DNA of 64,000 nucleotides, taken from Syntrophales bacterium (GTDB lineage: Bacteria; Desulfobacterota; Syntrophia; Syntrophales; UBA6807). Under the pieces are notes generated by a model. It saw nothing but the letters and a program-made list of their open reading frames with translations, did no database searches and was not told the DNA's origin. The stretch spans positions 224,001-288,000 of the forward strand of contig JAXGPA010000002.1 in the NCBI GenBank assembly GCA_040767195.1, written 5' to 3'. Position numbers and translations under genes: made by a program. Of the stretch, positions 19,354 to 28,856 are shown one piece after another. Within the stretch, counting starts at the first letter, position 1; each line of letters begins with the position of its first letter.

Positions 19354-20348
19354 CTCTTCTCCACCAGGCGGACCAGCGTCCCCATCCCGTAGGCCAGGGG
19401 AACGATGGCGGAGGTCACGGGAATGATGAAAAAAGCCCTGGGCGACTTTAATTTCAAGGCCCCGAGAAGGCCGTCGGCGAGAAGGAGGAAAAAATACGAA
19501 ACGGTGACGGTGAGCCAAAGGGCCATAACCTTCGCGCTGAACAAGGAGAAAAGGGCAAGGAGAACCCATAAAATCACGAAAAAGGCGGGAAAGACATGGG
19601 GCCACTCGAACGCCTCGGGGGCGTGCCTGAGAATGTCGACCCGCACCTTCCCCGAAATGAACGTCTGTTTCCAGAAAGCCGGAAGGGTGCCCCGCCGCCA
19701 GTGCCAGACCCAGGCGTCCTCCACGTATACGATCCGGAAACCGGCCTTCCGGATCCGGTTGGCCAGGTCCTTTTCCTCGCCCCGGCTTTTGAAAACACAG
19801 TTGAAGCGGCCGACTCGATCGATGACATCCCGACGGACGGCCATGTTGCAGCCCGCCGGCAGGTATCGGACGAGCGGGTTGCCGCTCTTCCTCATGCTTC
19901 CGGAACCGATGAAGGAGTGCATGGAATAATCGATGCAGCGAAGAAGCAGGGGATGATCAGGGGGGACCTTGTCGGGCCCGCCGGTGCAGCCCACTTCGGG
20001 ATCCTCAAGAGGCCGGGTGAGCTTTTCCAGCCAGTCTTCCGGGCTGAAGGCATCGCCGTCAAGAAAAACGACAATGTCCCCCCGGGCTTTATCGAGAAGG
20101 AAATTACGGGCCGTCGAAATGCCCCGGCTCTCGGCAAGGGAATAGACACGAAACCGCGCATCCCCTTCAGCGAAACGGGCCGCGATCTCCAGGGTCCGGT
20201 CCGTCGATGCATCGCTCACGACCACCACCTCGAAGTCGGACACAGTCTGTCGGGAAATGCTCCGGAGGCACGCCTCGATCGTTTTTTCGTTGTTTCTTGT
20301 CGGGATGAGGACGGAAACGGACCTGCGAATCATGTGGGTATCAACCAT
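19350..20348 (-). CDS. Glycosyltransferase family 2 with C-terminal TMs
   Basis: 'VSVLIPTRN', 'DASTD', 'FLDGD', 'GCNMAVRR'. Confidence 0.9.
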   Translation of the reverse strand: MVDTHMIRRSVSVLIPTRNNEKTIEACLRSISRQTVSDFEVVVVSDASTDRTLEIAARFAEGDARFRVYSLAESRGISTARNFLLDKARGDIVVFLDGDAFSPEDWLEKLTRPLEDPEVGCTGGPDKVPPDHPLLLRCIDYSMHSFIGSGSMRKSGNPLVRYLPAGCNMAVRRDVIDRVGRFNCVFKSRGEEKDLANRIRKAGFRIVYVEDAWVWHWRRGTLPAFWKQTFISGKVRVDILRHAPEAFEWPHVFPAFFVILWVLLALFSLFSAKVMALWLTVTVSYFFLLLADGLLGALKLKSPRAFFIIPVTSAIVPLAYGMGTLVRLVEKR

Positions 20349-20511
20349 GAGTGTTTGTGCGCCCTTAATGGCCGTTTTTCTTTACGCAGATTAAACAGAA
20401 AAATTCAATTAAAAATAAACAGGACCGTTGTCTCTTTTAACAATTCCTGATATGTTTGCGGTCAATTTCAGATGGATCGCTATTATTTCAGAAGACGCTT
20501 TGAAAAACCGT

Positions 20512-21375
20512 ATGGTTTCCCTTGAAAATGAGCAGGCCGAAAAGATCGCCGCCGAGTGGTCTTTGCGCGCCCCGCCTATCCGACCGGGATGGGAAACCCT
20601 GGATATTCTCGCCCGGGAAATGGACGGGACTGAACGCAGCCGCATCCTGATCCTGGGGGCAACCCCGGAACTCGTGGATTTCTCTCTCAGGAAAAGAGCC
20701 TCGCGGATCACTCTCATGGATCAGTCGGAAGATTGGGTGAAGGCAATGGAATCCCTCGGATCGGAGGACTGGACGGGAGTCGAAAAAATCATCGCCGACT
20801 GGAGAACGCCTCGGGAGGATCTGCGAAACGCTTTCAACACCATCTTAGGAGACGGTTCCTTCAACATGGTTTCCTACCCGGAAGAATGGGAGACCGTTTT
20901 ACGAAATCTTGCCGCCTATCTCGTCCCGGGAGGACGCGTCATCGCTCGAAACCTGACCTGTCCGAGCACCCCCTTCTCGTTCACGGCTTACCTGGAAGAG
21001 GCCCTTCGTCACTTCAGAACGGTGAATCAAAACAGGGACTCCCTGAAAATCCTGCTCTCGACCGTCCGCCAGGCGGCCTTTGTCGGATCCGTCGATTCCA
21101 CGAGTCTCGTGTTAGAGGACCTGAGGCGGAAGCTTGAAAGAGAAGCGTGCCAAAAATTGAAATCAATGGCCGACTTCCAGGAGGATCACGAAATCATTGA
21201 AATATTGTTGGGAACAGAAAAAGAGCAGAAAGCCCGGAAGGGGGGATACGTTCCTCGTAAGGAAAACATTTCGGAAATTTTTCACGCCGCAGGATTCACG
21301 GTACGATCTTTTCAACCTGTGGAAAATCGATTCGGCCTGGACGTTTCGTTCGTCCTCACGGCCGTGAAAACCTGA
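20512..21375 (+). CDS. Class I SAM-dependent methyltransferase-like protein (paralog 1)
   Basis: 'PPIRP', 'LILGATPE', 'MDQS', 'IADW', 'FNTILGDGSF', 'LVPGGRVI'; start placed at ATG 20512. Confidence 0.7.
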   Translation: MVSLENEQAEKIAAEWSLRAPPIRPGWETLDILAREMDGTERSRILILGATPELVDFSLRKRASRITLMDQSEDWVKAMESLGSEDWTGVEKIIADWRTPREDLRNAFNTILGDGSFNMVSYPEEWETVLRNLAAYLVPGGRVIARNLTCPSTPFSFTAYLEEALRHFRTVNQNRDSLKILLSTVRQAAFVGSVDSTSLVLEDLRRKLEREACQKLKSMADFQEDHEIIEILLGTEKEQKARKGGYVPRKENISEIFHAAGFTVRSFQPVENRFGLDVSFVLTAVKT

Positions 21376-21446
21376 ACCGCAGGGTCCAACCGCTTCTTTT
21401 TGCCGCAAGTGACCGTCGAGACCATGCTCGAGACAAAAGACCTTCC

Positions 21447-22352
21447 ATGGGGTATCAGATGAAAAAGGATAAAAAAGAGAGCGAAATCGAGAAAACTGCC
21501 CTCTGGTGGTCCCACATCGGCCAACCCATCCGGCCCGGCGGGGACGAAATCAGGATTATCGAAGAGCAACTTCCGACCGGGCAGGACCTTTCCGCCTTAA
21601 TCCTGGGGGCGACTCCCGAGTTCGTCAACCTCCTCCTTCGAAGAAAAGCCAAAAAAATAGTTGTTATAGACCATTACGAACCCCACGTAAAAGCCATGGA
21701 GATCCTGGGCGGACAGGATTGGTCTTCCGTGGAAGTTGTCCTGTCCGACTGGAGGACGGAAAATAAAAACCTTGAAAAAACGTTCAATGTCATTCTGGGA
21801 GACAACGCCTTTCTTTTCACCCGGTATCCCGAGGACTGGAAGAATCTCTCCCGGATCCTTCACGGATACCTGGCCCCGGGAGGGCGATTTGTCCTGCGGT
21901 CCTTTTTCCAGCCGACGAAGCCCTTCGATTTCGATCATCACCTCGACGAAACCCTGAAAAGGGTCATGGAAATCCGGCAGGAAATGCCCTCCGATGCGAA
22001 TATGTCGATTTTCCGCAATGAGATCACAAGCCTGCGCACAGGAACGACTATGGCTGTCATCGATGCCGGGTCCCGCTGTTCCGCGCGGGAGAGAGACAAA
22101 CTGATACAGTCCGCCAGAGATAAACTGGCCGGGCTGTTCAAGGAAACGCCTTACTGGAACACGATTGACAATATTCTTTTTGTGGACGCGTTCAAGAAGG
22201 GAGAATACAGCGTGTCCTCCGTCCCCCCTCTGGAAGAAGTGAGTAAACTGCTTTTAAATACCGGCTTTTCAAGCGTCTTGGACATTCCCTCCGGCGACAG
22301 GCCGTTCAAGGAAGCGGTCAGCGTTCTTGTTGCCCGAAAAACTGGATCGTGA
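21447..22352 (+). CDS. Class I SAM-dependent methyltransferase-like protein (paralog 2)
   Basis: 'PIRP', 'LILGATPE', 'LSDW', 'FNVILGDNAF', 'LAPGGRFV'. Confidence 0.7.
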   Translation: MGYQMKKDKKESEIEKTALWWSHIGQPIRPGGDEIRIIEEQLPTGQDLSALILGATPEFVNLLLRRKAKKIVVIDHYEPHVKAMEILGGQDWSSVEVVLSDWRTENKNLEKTFNVILGDNAFLFTRYPEDWKNLSRILHGYLAPGGRFVLRSFFQPTKPFDFDHHLDETLKRVMEIRQEMPSDANMSIFRNEITSLRTGTTMAVIDAGSRCSARERDKLIQSARDKLAGLFKETPYWNTIDNILFVDAFKKGEYSVSSVPPLEEVSKLLLNTGFSSVLDIPSGDRPFKEAVSVLVARKTGS

Positions 22353-22562
22353 TCTTCGGAAAAAAGATGCCAGGGTATTCATGGTCGCGTTTGTCTGAAA
22401 ACGGAAAAGGAAGAGGGGTTCACCCTGGCCTCATTTCCTCGCCTGGAAGATGTAAAGAAGTTGACGACCGATCTTGGTTTCGTTCAGAGAATGATCGCTC
22501 TTTGGGGATCGGTCTTTGAGTGGAGTGTTTAGAACTCTTGAGACCGAAAAAATCTCAAATTT

Positions 22563-23567
22563 TTGACACCTGAGCCATCGCCATCCATGAAATTTGACGA
22601 CCCATCGGCAAGTGATACAATCATCAGAAACTGGTCCATGTGGGGCTGTCCCGTACGCCCTGGACAGGAAGACATCCTCCTGTTCCAGAAAAAACTGAAA
22701 TCCATTGAAGAGTCGCGGGTTCTCATACTGGGATGCACACCCGAACTTGTCGACATGGTTCTCGAGGAAAACCCTCTCCGGGTTACAATCATGGACCGGT
22801 TTCCTCCCAATGTCACCGCCATGAAAAAAATGGCCACGAAAAACTGGTCCCGTGTCGAAGTCATTATCCGAGACTGGAGAACCCCGCTTGATGACCTGAC
22901 AGACAGGTACAACATCGTTCTGGGAGACGGACCGTTCACATTTCTTCGATTTCCCGACGATTATCTTTTGATATGCCGGAATCTCAATAGATATATTTCC
23001 GATGGAGGCCTGGTTGTCATCCGGAACATGGTGTGGATGGAAAGATCCCCCGACGAACTGGATAGCTATTACCGGCAGATCATGAACCGGCTGCGAGAAT
23101 GGAAACTCGAGAAAAACGATCCTGTGGACGATATATTCGTTAAAAACACCGTCAGTGAACTGTGGTTTTATGCCTTCTTCAAGGCAAACACGGATCCAGC
23201 CAAACTCTGTGATGAACAGTTGAGATATTGGACCGGCAAGGTCTCCTGTGACCTTTTCGAAATCTTCGGGGAACGCATATTCAAGGTTACAGAAGTCGTT
23301 CTTGATACCCGGGGTTTGAATCAGAGTTACCGGGAACAGCGAATCCCTGTCCAGTCCATACCTCGCATTGAGGAAATGATCTCTCTTTTCGAATCCTGTC
23401 ATTTTTTGCTCATGGAAAACACCACGGTGGGCTGCCAGACTGTTCCAGGCATATGGAGGATCGTGACTTTCCGCAACATGAAGGGCTTCCATCGACAGGA
23501 GCATAGGGGGAAAAGCATCCCCCACGCCGCCGTTCCGGACAGGAGCGAAACAGGGGAAATGCCATGA
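22563..23567 (+). CDS. Class I SAM-dependent methyltransferase-like protein (paralog 3)
   Basis: 'PVRP', 'LILGCTPE', 'IRDW', 'YNIVLGDGPF'; true start may be ATG 22587. Confidence 0.7.
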   Translation: MTPEPSPSMKFDDPSASDTIIRNWSMWGCPVRPGQEDILLFQKKLKSIEESRVLILGCTPELVDMVLEENPLRVTIMDRFPPNVTAMKKMATKNWSRVEVIIRDWRTPLDDLTDRYNIVLGDGPFTFLRFPDDYLLICRNLNRYISDGGLVVIRNMVWMERSPDELDSYYRQIMNRLREWKLEKNDPVDDIFVKNTVSELWFYAFFKANTDPAKLCDEQLRYWTGKVSCDLFEIFGERIFKVTEVVLDTRGLNQSYREQRIPVQSIPRIEEMISLFESCHFLLMENTTVGCQTVPGIWRIVTFRNMKGFHRQEHRGKSIPHAAVPDRSETGEMP

Positions 23568-24790
23568 ACCGAGCCCGTCTCTTCCTGAAAGATCCGAAGC
23601 AAAAGGACGGTTGCCTTCACCTGGAAGCCCGGCTGCACCTGGGCCGGGGTAAACCCCTCACCGTCTGGTACCGGGTGCCGTCAAGCGCGAAAGGACAGGT
23701 GACCGGATGGGCGGACCCCTTCGTCATCGCCATGATTTTTCCCATCATGCAGCTCGGGAAGCCCGTTCACGTGGAAGGGCGTGTTGCCCCTTCCCTTCTT
23801 TTCAACCTGTCAGAATTCATGACTATCTGGGCTGTCTGGAGGCCCGAGCGGTACCGGGCCGTCGACATAACCGCCGAGGCAGAGGTCGAACCCCCGAAAC
23901 AACCGGAGAAAGGTCGGGCGGTCATGGCTTTTTCCGGCGGCCTGGATTCCTGCTTCACCGCCTGGCGGCACCGGAAGGCACTTGCCGGCAGGAGAACACA
24001 AAACCTCCTGTCCGGTGTCTTTATTCATGGGCTGGATATCCCCCTGACGCGGAAGGCATCGTATGAGGACCTGAAAAGGCAGAATCAGCTTCTTCTTTCC
24101 AGTGTCGGCATGAACCTGATTCCCGTGGCCACGAATTACCGGGAGATGCTCGTGGGATGGGGAGACTCCCACGCCGCGTCTCTCATCGCGGCCCTGGCCC
24201 TGTTTCAAAAAGAATTCGACACCGGCCTTCTCGGCGCCTCGAGACCCTATTACAGCACGGACCCCAAAATCGTCTGGGGCAGTAACGCCGTGAGCGACCC
24301 CCTCCTTTCGAGCGCTTCCTTCCGGGTCCTTTACGACGGGGCTCAATTCTCCCGCCTGGATAAGGCGGCTCTCGTCGCCCGATGGCCGGAAGCCCTTCAA
24401 TACATGCACGTCTGCTGGGCAAACACGGAAGGTCACGAGAATTGCTGTCGCTGTGAAAAGTGCGTTCGCACGATTCTCATGTTTCGACTTCTCGGTTACG
24501 GTCAGCCCCCCTGTTTTGGGAAAATCCTGAATGAGGAGGATATCCAGGCCCTGAAACTCCATGGCGAGGTCTCTCACCGCACGTTGATGGACCTTGTCCG
24601 GGAGGCGGAAAAAAGAGGAGTGTCCGATGAAAAATGGGTTCTCAGGCTGCGGGAACTGACAAGTCAGAAAACCTGGGACAGGCGACTGCAGAACGCCGCC
24701 CGTGATGTCTTCCTTGACAAGGGTTTTTCAGGAACTCTCTTGCGATCCGCCCTTTACCGGATCCGTTCCGCCATGAAGCGTGGCAGTTGA
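23564..24790 (+). CDS. PP-loop ATPase, QueC-like, with Cys cluster (paralog 1)
   Basis: 'FSGGLDS' and C-terminal 'VCW...NCCRCEKCVR'. Confidence 0.65.
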   Translation: MNRARLFLKDPKQKDGCLHLEARLHLGRGKPLTVWYRVPSSAKGQVTGWADPFVIAMIFPIMQLGKPVHVEGRVAPSLLFNLSEFMTIWAVWRPERYRAVDITAEAEVEPPKQPEKGRAVMAFSGGLDSCFTAWRHRKALAGRRTQNLLSGVFIHGLDIPLTRKASYEDLKRQNQLLLSSVGMNLIPVATNYREMLVGWGDSHAASLIAALALFQKEFDTGLLGASRPYYSTDPKIVWGSNAVSDPLLSSASFRVLYDGAQFSRLDKAALVARWPEALQYMHVCWANTEGHENCCRCEKCVRTILMFRLLGYGQPPCFGKILNEEDIQALKLHGEVSHRTLMDLVREAEKRGVSDEKWVLRLRELTSQKTWDRRLQNAARDVFLDKGFSGTLLRSALYRIRSAMKRGS

Positions 24791-24958
24791 AAGAAGACGG
24801 AACCCAGCCCCGTTTACCTCATTCCCGTTACCTTCTGAATGAACGTCCGCCCCCGGTCATGGCCCGACCCGGGATGAAAGGTTGCGGGTCGGGTCTGTTG
24901 TGTAATTTTCTCCTTCCTGTTATGGTACCGGCACCAAAAGAACCATTATCATAAAAAA

Positions 24959-26227
24959 ATGGCCCATCACGCAGAGTTGACACTGCTTCCTTCCCGTTTG
25001 ACGGGGAAAATGATTCATCTCGAAGGGCAGCTTCGAACCGGGGGAAAATCCTCTATTCGTCTCTGGTACAGAATACCCGCTGAATTCAAGGACTGGGTCA
25101 CCGACCGGGCTGATCCCTTCGTTCTCGGCTTTCTCTTCCCGGCCATGCAGACCGGGCGGCCTGTCCTTGTCCGGGGAACCGTCTCGCCCTCCCTGCTTCG
25201 GAACCTCGAGGAATTCATGGCCGTCTGGCAGGCCTGGAGGCCGGACCGGTACCGGCAGGTGGAAATCATCCCGGACCAGGAGGAAGAGGCCGTCGAAGGG
25301 CCGGGAAACGGAGAAGCCGTCATGCCCTTTTCCGGGGGCGTCGATTCCTGCTTCACCGCCTGGAGACACAGAAAGGCCCTGGCGGGAAGGCGTTCGACGA
25401 ACCTGACGGCGGGGGTATTCATCCACGGGTTCGACATCCCGCTCAGGAGAAGCCGCTCTTTCGATCTATCACAGAGAAGGAACGAGGAGCTTCTTGGAAG
25501 CATCGGGATGACGCTCATCCCCCTTGCCACAAATTTCAGAGACCTCCCGGTCAGCTGGGCCGATTCCCATGCCGCCGCCCTTGTGTCCTCCCTGACCTTG
25601 TTCGGAAAAAGGTTTTCCCGGATCGTGGTCGCCTCGTCGGAACCCTACGTCAGCTTCGTCACCGGTAAGATATGGGGAAGCAACCCCCTCACCGACCGGA
25701 TGCTGTCCTCCGACAGGCTGAAGGTGATCTATGACGGGGCGGAATATTCGAGAATCGAAAAAATACAGTCCATGAGCGACTGGCCGGAGGCGCTCCGCTT
25801 CCTTCGGGTATGCTGGGAGGGAAAGGAGAAACACGAAAACTGCTGCCGGTGCGTGAAATGCATTCGGAATATTCTCATCTTCCGGGCCCTGGGAAAGGGA
25901 CTCCCCCCCTGTTTTCCGAGGGACGCATCGGATGATGACATTCGGAAGCTTTCCGTGAAAGGAACCTTTTCACAAATTGATTTTACAGACGTCATGGAAA
26001 TGGCAATGAGCAAAGGATATGGTGAGGCATCGTGGGTTACCGCCATGAGGGAAGCCCTGGGCAGAAAACCCCGGATCGGCGGTGCCCATGAGGCGGCAAA
26101 GAACCTGTTATTCCAGCGAAGCCCGACGAGCCATCTTTTCCGTTCCCTGATTTCCCTGATGCGGCGTTTCGGCGCTGGATCCCGGATGCATGACATCTCC
26201 CCCACAACAGGGGAAGGTTCCCCGTGA
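24959..26227 (+). CDS. PP-loop ATPase, QueC-like, with Cys cluster (paralog 2)
   Basis: 'FSGGVDS' and 'VCW...NCCRCVKCIR'; colinear with and very similar to 23564..24790. Confidence 0.65.
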   Translation: MAHHAELTLLPSRLTGKMIHLEGQLRTGGKSSIRLWYRIPAEFKDWVTDRADPFVLGFLFPAMQTGRPVLVRGTVSPSLLRNLEEFMAVWQAWRPDRYRQVEIIPDQEEEAVEGPGNGEAVMPFSGGVDSCFTAWRHRKALAGRRSTNLTAGVFIHGFDIPLRRSRSFDLSQRRNEELLGSIGMTLIPLATNFRDLPVSWADSHAAALVSSLTLFGKRFSRIVVASSEPYVSFVTGKIWGSNPLTDRMLSSDRLKVIYDGAEYSRIEKIQSMSDWPEALRFLRVCWEGKEKHENCCRCVKCIRNILIFRALGKGLPPCFPRDASDDDIRKLSVKGTFSQIDFTDVMEMAMSKGYGEASWVTAMREALGRKPRIGGAHEAAKNLLFQRSPTSHLFRSLISLMRRFGAGSRMHDISPTTGEGSP

Positions 26228-26231
26228 GCGC

Positions 26232-27761
26232 ATGGATCCTGAAGCGCAGGAAAAATCGAATCGTCTGAGCGGACCGGGAATACGCTCCATCGCGCGGAAT
26301 GCCTTCTATCTCATGGGAAGCCACTGGGTGAACATCGCCATCCGGCTGTGCTATGTCGTCTTTCTCGCCCGGTGGCTCGGCCCGGAACTCTACGGCCTTT
26401 TCAATTACGCCATGTCCTGGTACATGGTGATGCTGCCTCTCGCCGGCCTGGGGCTGGGAATCATCATGGGCCGCGAAATCCCCCGGAATCCCGACCGCCG
26501 GTCCGATGTGCTGTCGGGAACTTTTTCGCTCCGCGTCATCAGTTCGGCTTTCTGCGCCCTGCTGTGCGCCCTTTCGGGGCTCCTCCTGGAAGAAAACCCG
26601 GAAGCCCGGCGTGTTCTTCTCGTTTTCTCCACGGCCCTCATGGGAAGAAGTATGGCCTACTGGGCCTCCAGCGCCTTCACCGCTTTCGAGTCGAGCCAGT
26701 ACATCCTTCTTTTTCATTCCATTTTTAGATTCGTCGAACTTCTCTTCTCGGTGACCTGCATCCTCCTGGGCGGTGGACTTCTGGGACTGTCGCTGATCCA
26801 TTCTCTCAGCTGGTGGGCCGAAGCGATGTTCAGCCTGCTCTGGATAAAAAGATCCTTTTCCCCCGTGGCCTTCCGCATCAGGAAGAAGGAACTCGCGAAT
26901 TATTTCAGCCGCGGCCTGTTGCTCGGAATCTTCGCCCTTTCCTACGCCTTCGTTCTCCAGGGTCCTCTTATCCTGTACCGGTATACAGCGGGACTGGGAT
27001 CGGATCTCGGCCAGCTCGCCCTGGCCATGCAGGCGCTCATCCTCCTGGCCTCCCTGCCGGGATTTCTAACAGCCGGTGCGCTTCCCGTTCTGAGCCGGTC
27101 CATCCTGAGAGGGGACGGGAAAGCCCGCTTTTTCACCGAGTCCACCATCCGGGTTACAATCATCGCGGGGACGGCCCTGGGACTGACGGGCCTGGCGGTC
27201 CTGCCCTGGTTCGTCGAAAAGATCTTCGGCCCGTCATACGGAAACGCGGGAAGCCTTCTCGGCTGGACGCTCTGGTTTCTTGTTCCCGTCGCCGTGAATA
27301 CCATGATTAGGGGCGTCTTTCAGGCCAGGGGGGAATACGCGGTACCGACTCTTTTTTCCCTTGCCGGCGCGTCCGTTCTCCTTTTGGTCATCTACCCGGC
27401 CATATCCCTCATGGGACCGGCAGGAGTCATCGGTGCCCTGGGACTGGCCCTCCTTGTCGAAACCGCGGGGCTCGTCAAGGCGGCCCGGCAGGCCGTCCAC
27501 CTGGATATCCGGACCACATTTCTCAAGCCGTTCCTCACGGCCCTGGCCGCCGCCGTTGTGTTTTTATTAGGAAGCGAGTATCCCGTCGCGGCCCTTCCCG
27601 CAAGCATGGCGGTTCTTCTCGCGGGAACGGTTTTTCTCCGCCTCCTTTCCCCGGAAGAAATTTTCGCGGCGAGGCATGTCTTCCGGTCATTCTCGTCCCT
27701 TGCCAAGGAGGAAGAAAGCGGAGAACCGGGACAACCGTCGAGCGGCAAAAGCCGGTCTTGA
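26232..27761 (+). CDS. Oligosaccharide flippase (Wzx/MOP superfamily)
   Basis: 'IARNAFYL', 'LARWLGPELYG', 'GLGIIMGREI'; about 12-14 TM segments. Confidence 0.85.
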   Translation: MDPEAQEKSNRLSGPGIRSIARNAFYLMGSHWVNIAIRLCYVVFLARWLGPELYGLFNYAMSWYMVMLPLAGLGLGIIMGREIPRNPDRRSDVLSGTFSLRVISSAFCALLCALSGLLLEENPEARRVLLVFSTALMGRSMAYWASSAFTAFESSQYILLFHSIFRFVELLFSVTCILLGGGLLGLSLIHSLSWWAEAMFSLLWIKRSFSPVAFRIRKKELANYFSRGLLLGIFALSYAFVLQGPLILYRYTAGLGSDLGQLALAMQALILLASLPGFLTAGALPVLSRSILRGDGKARFFTESTIRVTIIAGTALGLTGLAVLPWFVEKIFGPSYGNAGSLLGWTLWFLVPVAVNTMIRGVFQARGEYAVPTLFSLAGASVLLLVIYPAISLMGPAGVIGALGLALLVETAGLVKAARQAVHLDIRTTFLKPFLTALAAAVVFLLGSEYPVAALPASMAVLLAGTVFLRLLSPEEIFAARHVFRSFSSLAKEEESGEPGQPSSGKSRS

Positions 27762-27795
27762 CAGGACCATGGCAAAATGAAATAAAAACAGGCTG

Positions 27796-28845
27796 GTGCC
27801 CGTCATGAAAGATAAGGGAAAAACGCCCCGATTTACCATTGTCTTATCCGTCGAACACTCCGAGAAAGACCTGGGCCTGTGCCTGGATTCCCTTGCAAAT
27901 CTGGATTACCGGAAAGACGAATACCGGATTGCAGCCGTCGAATGCGGCGCCGTGCCGGAAATCGGCAGGTTTCTTAAGGATAATGGACCCTTCGGCGTTC
28001 TTGATATTCAAGTGTTTTCCCTGCCGCCCAAAACATTGGAATCGAAGAAGGTCCCCGCTCATCTAGCCCGCGTCAACGAGGGCAGGAACAAGGCCATCGA
28101 AAGCCTTCCCGCCGAATACTATGTCTTCACGGAAACCGACTGCACGTTCCCTTCCGACTGGTTGCGAAAAATTGACGCCCACCTGGACGATCGGCCGGGA
28201 ATTCTCGGAGGACCAGACGTTCTTCCCGACAAAATGGATACCATCACTAACGTCATCGACGTTATCCTGAATTCGCCTGTTGGAACCGGTGGCATACGCC
28301 CAGGGGAAAAAGGGACGTCAAAGCAGTATTTCCCCCACAAGGAAAACATGGTCATTCCGGCCGCCGTCCTTCAATCCGTCGGAAAATTCCCGGAAAACAA
28401 TATATTCGGGGCGGAAATGGAGATGACTAACCGAATTCTCGAGGCGGGATACACCGTTAAATATATGGACGACAATCCGGTCTACCACAGGAGGATCACA
28501 TCGCTCCGGAATTTCCTTGGTATCACAAGCTACCGGGCTTCTGAAAAAATTGCCCTCCTGGGAAAGCGAATATCCCTTCTGCGAGTTCTTCGCTACCTCG
28601 TTCCGGGAGTCGCTGCTTTCATTCTCATCCTCGCGCTCCTGGCGCCCTTCTTTTCCTGGAGCCGCTGGTTTCTCGGTCTTGTCGCTCTTTTTTACGGGGG
28701 AATCATCACCTGGGTATCCCTTCGGGGGGCTCTTCAAAAAAAGAGCGTCCTTGTGGGACTGGGTGTCTTCTTTATTCTGCCTCTCTTCCACTGGAACATA
28801 GCCACCGGTGTCCTGTCCGGCATCCTGAAGAAGAAGGCTGTTTGA
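27796..28845 (+). CDS. Divergent glycosyltransferase family 2 with C-terminal TMs
   Basis: 'CLDSLANLDY', 'GRNKAI', 'FTETDC' (DxD-like), 'GGPD'; same layout as 19350..20348. Confidence 0.7.
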   Translation: MPVMKDKGKTPRFTIVLSVEHSEKDLGLCLDSLANLDYRKDEYRIAAVECGAVPEIGRFLKDNGPFGVLDIQVFSLPPKTLESKKVPAHLARVNEGRNKAIESLPAEYYVFTETDCTFPSDWLRKIDAHLDDRPGILGGPDVLPDKMDTITNVIDVILNSPVGTGGIRPGEKGTSKQYFPHKENMVIPAAVLQSVGKFPENNIFGAEMEMTNRILEAGYTVKYMDDNPVYHRRITSLRNFLGITSYRASEKIALLGKRISLLRVLRYLVPGVAAFILILALLAPFFSWSRWFLGLVALFYGGIITWVSLRGALQKKSVLVGLGVFFILPLFHWNIATGVLSGILKKKAV

Positions 28846-28856
28846 GCTGAGGACCC

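Noticed and set aside
19354..19605. N-terminal extension of the pyruvyltransferase ORF; likewise the extensions on the acyl-CoA ligase, NtrC, glmM, PPTase, dehydrogenase and cysS ORFs
   Set aside because: They overlap upstream genes or lack family similarity; downstream starts match the family N-termini
23564..26227. Qat anti-phage system or queuosine/7-deazaguanine DNA-modification cluster
   Set aside because: No QatA ATPase, TatD, QueD/E, FolE or DpdA nearby; the context is glycan biosynthesis
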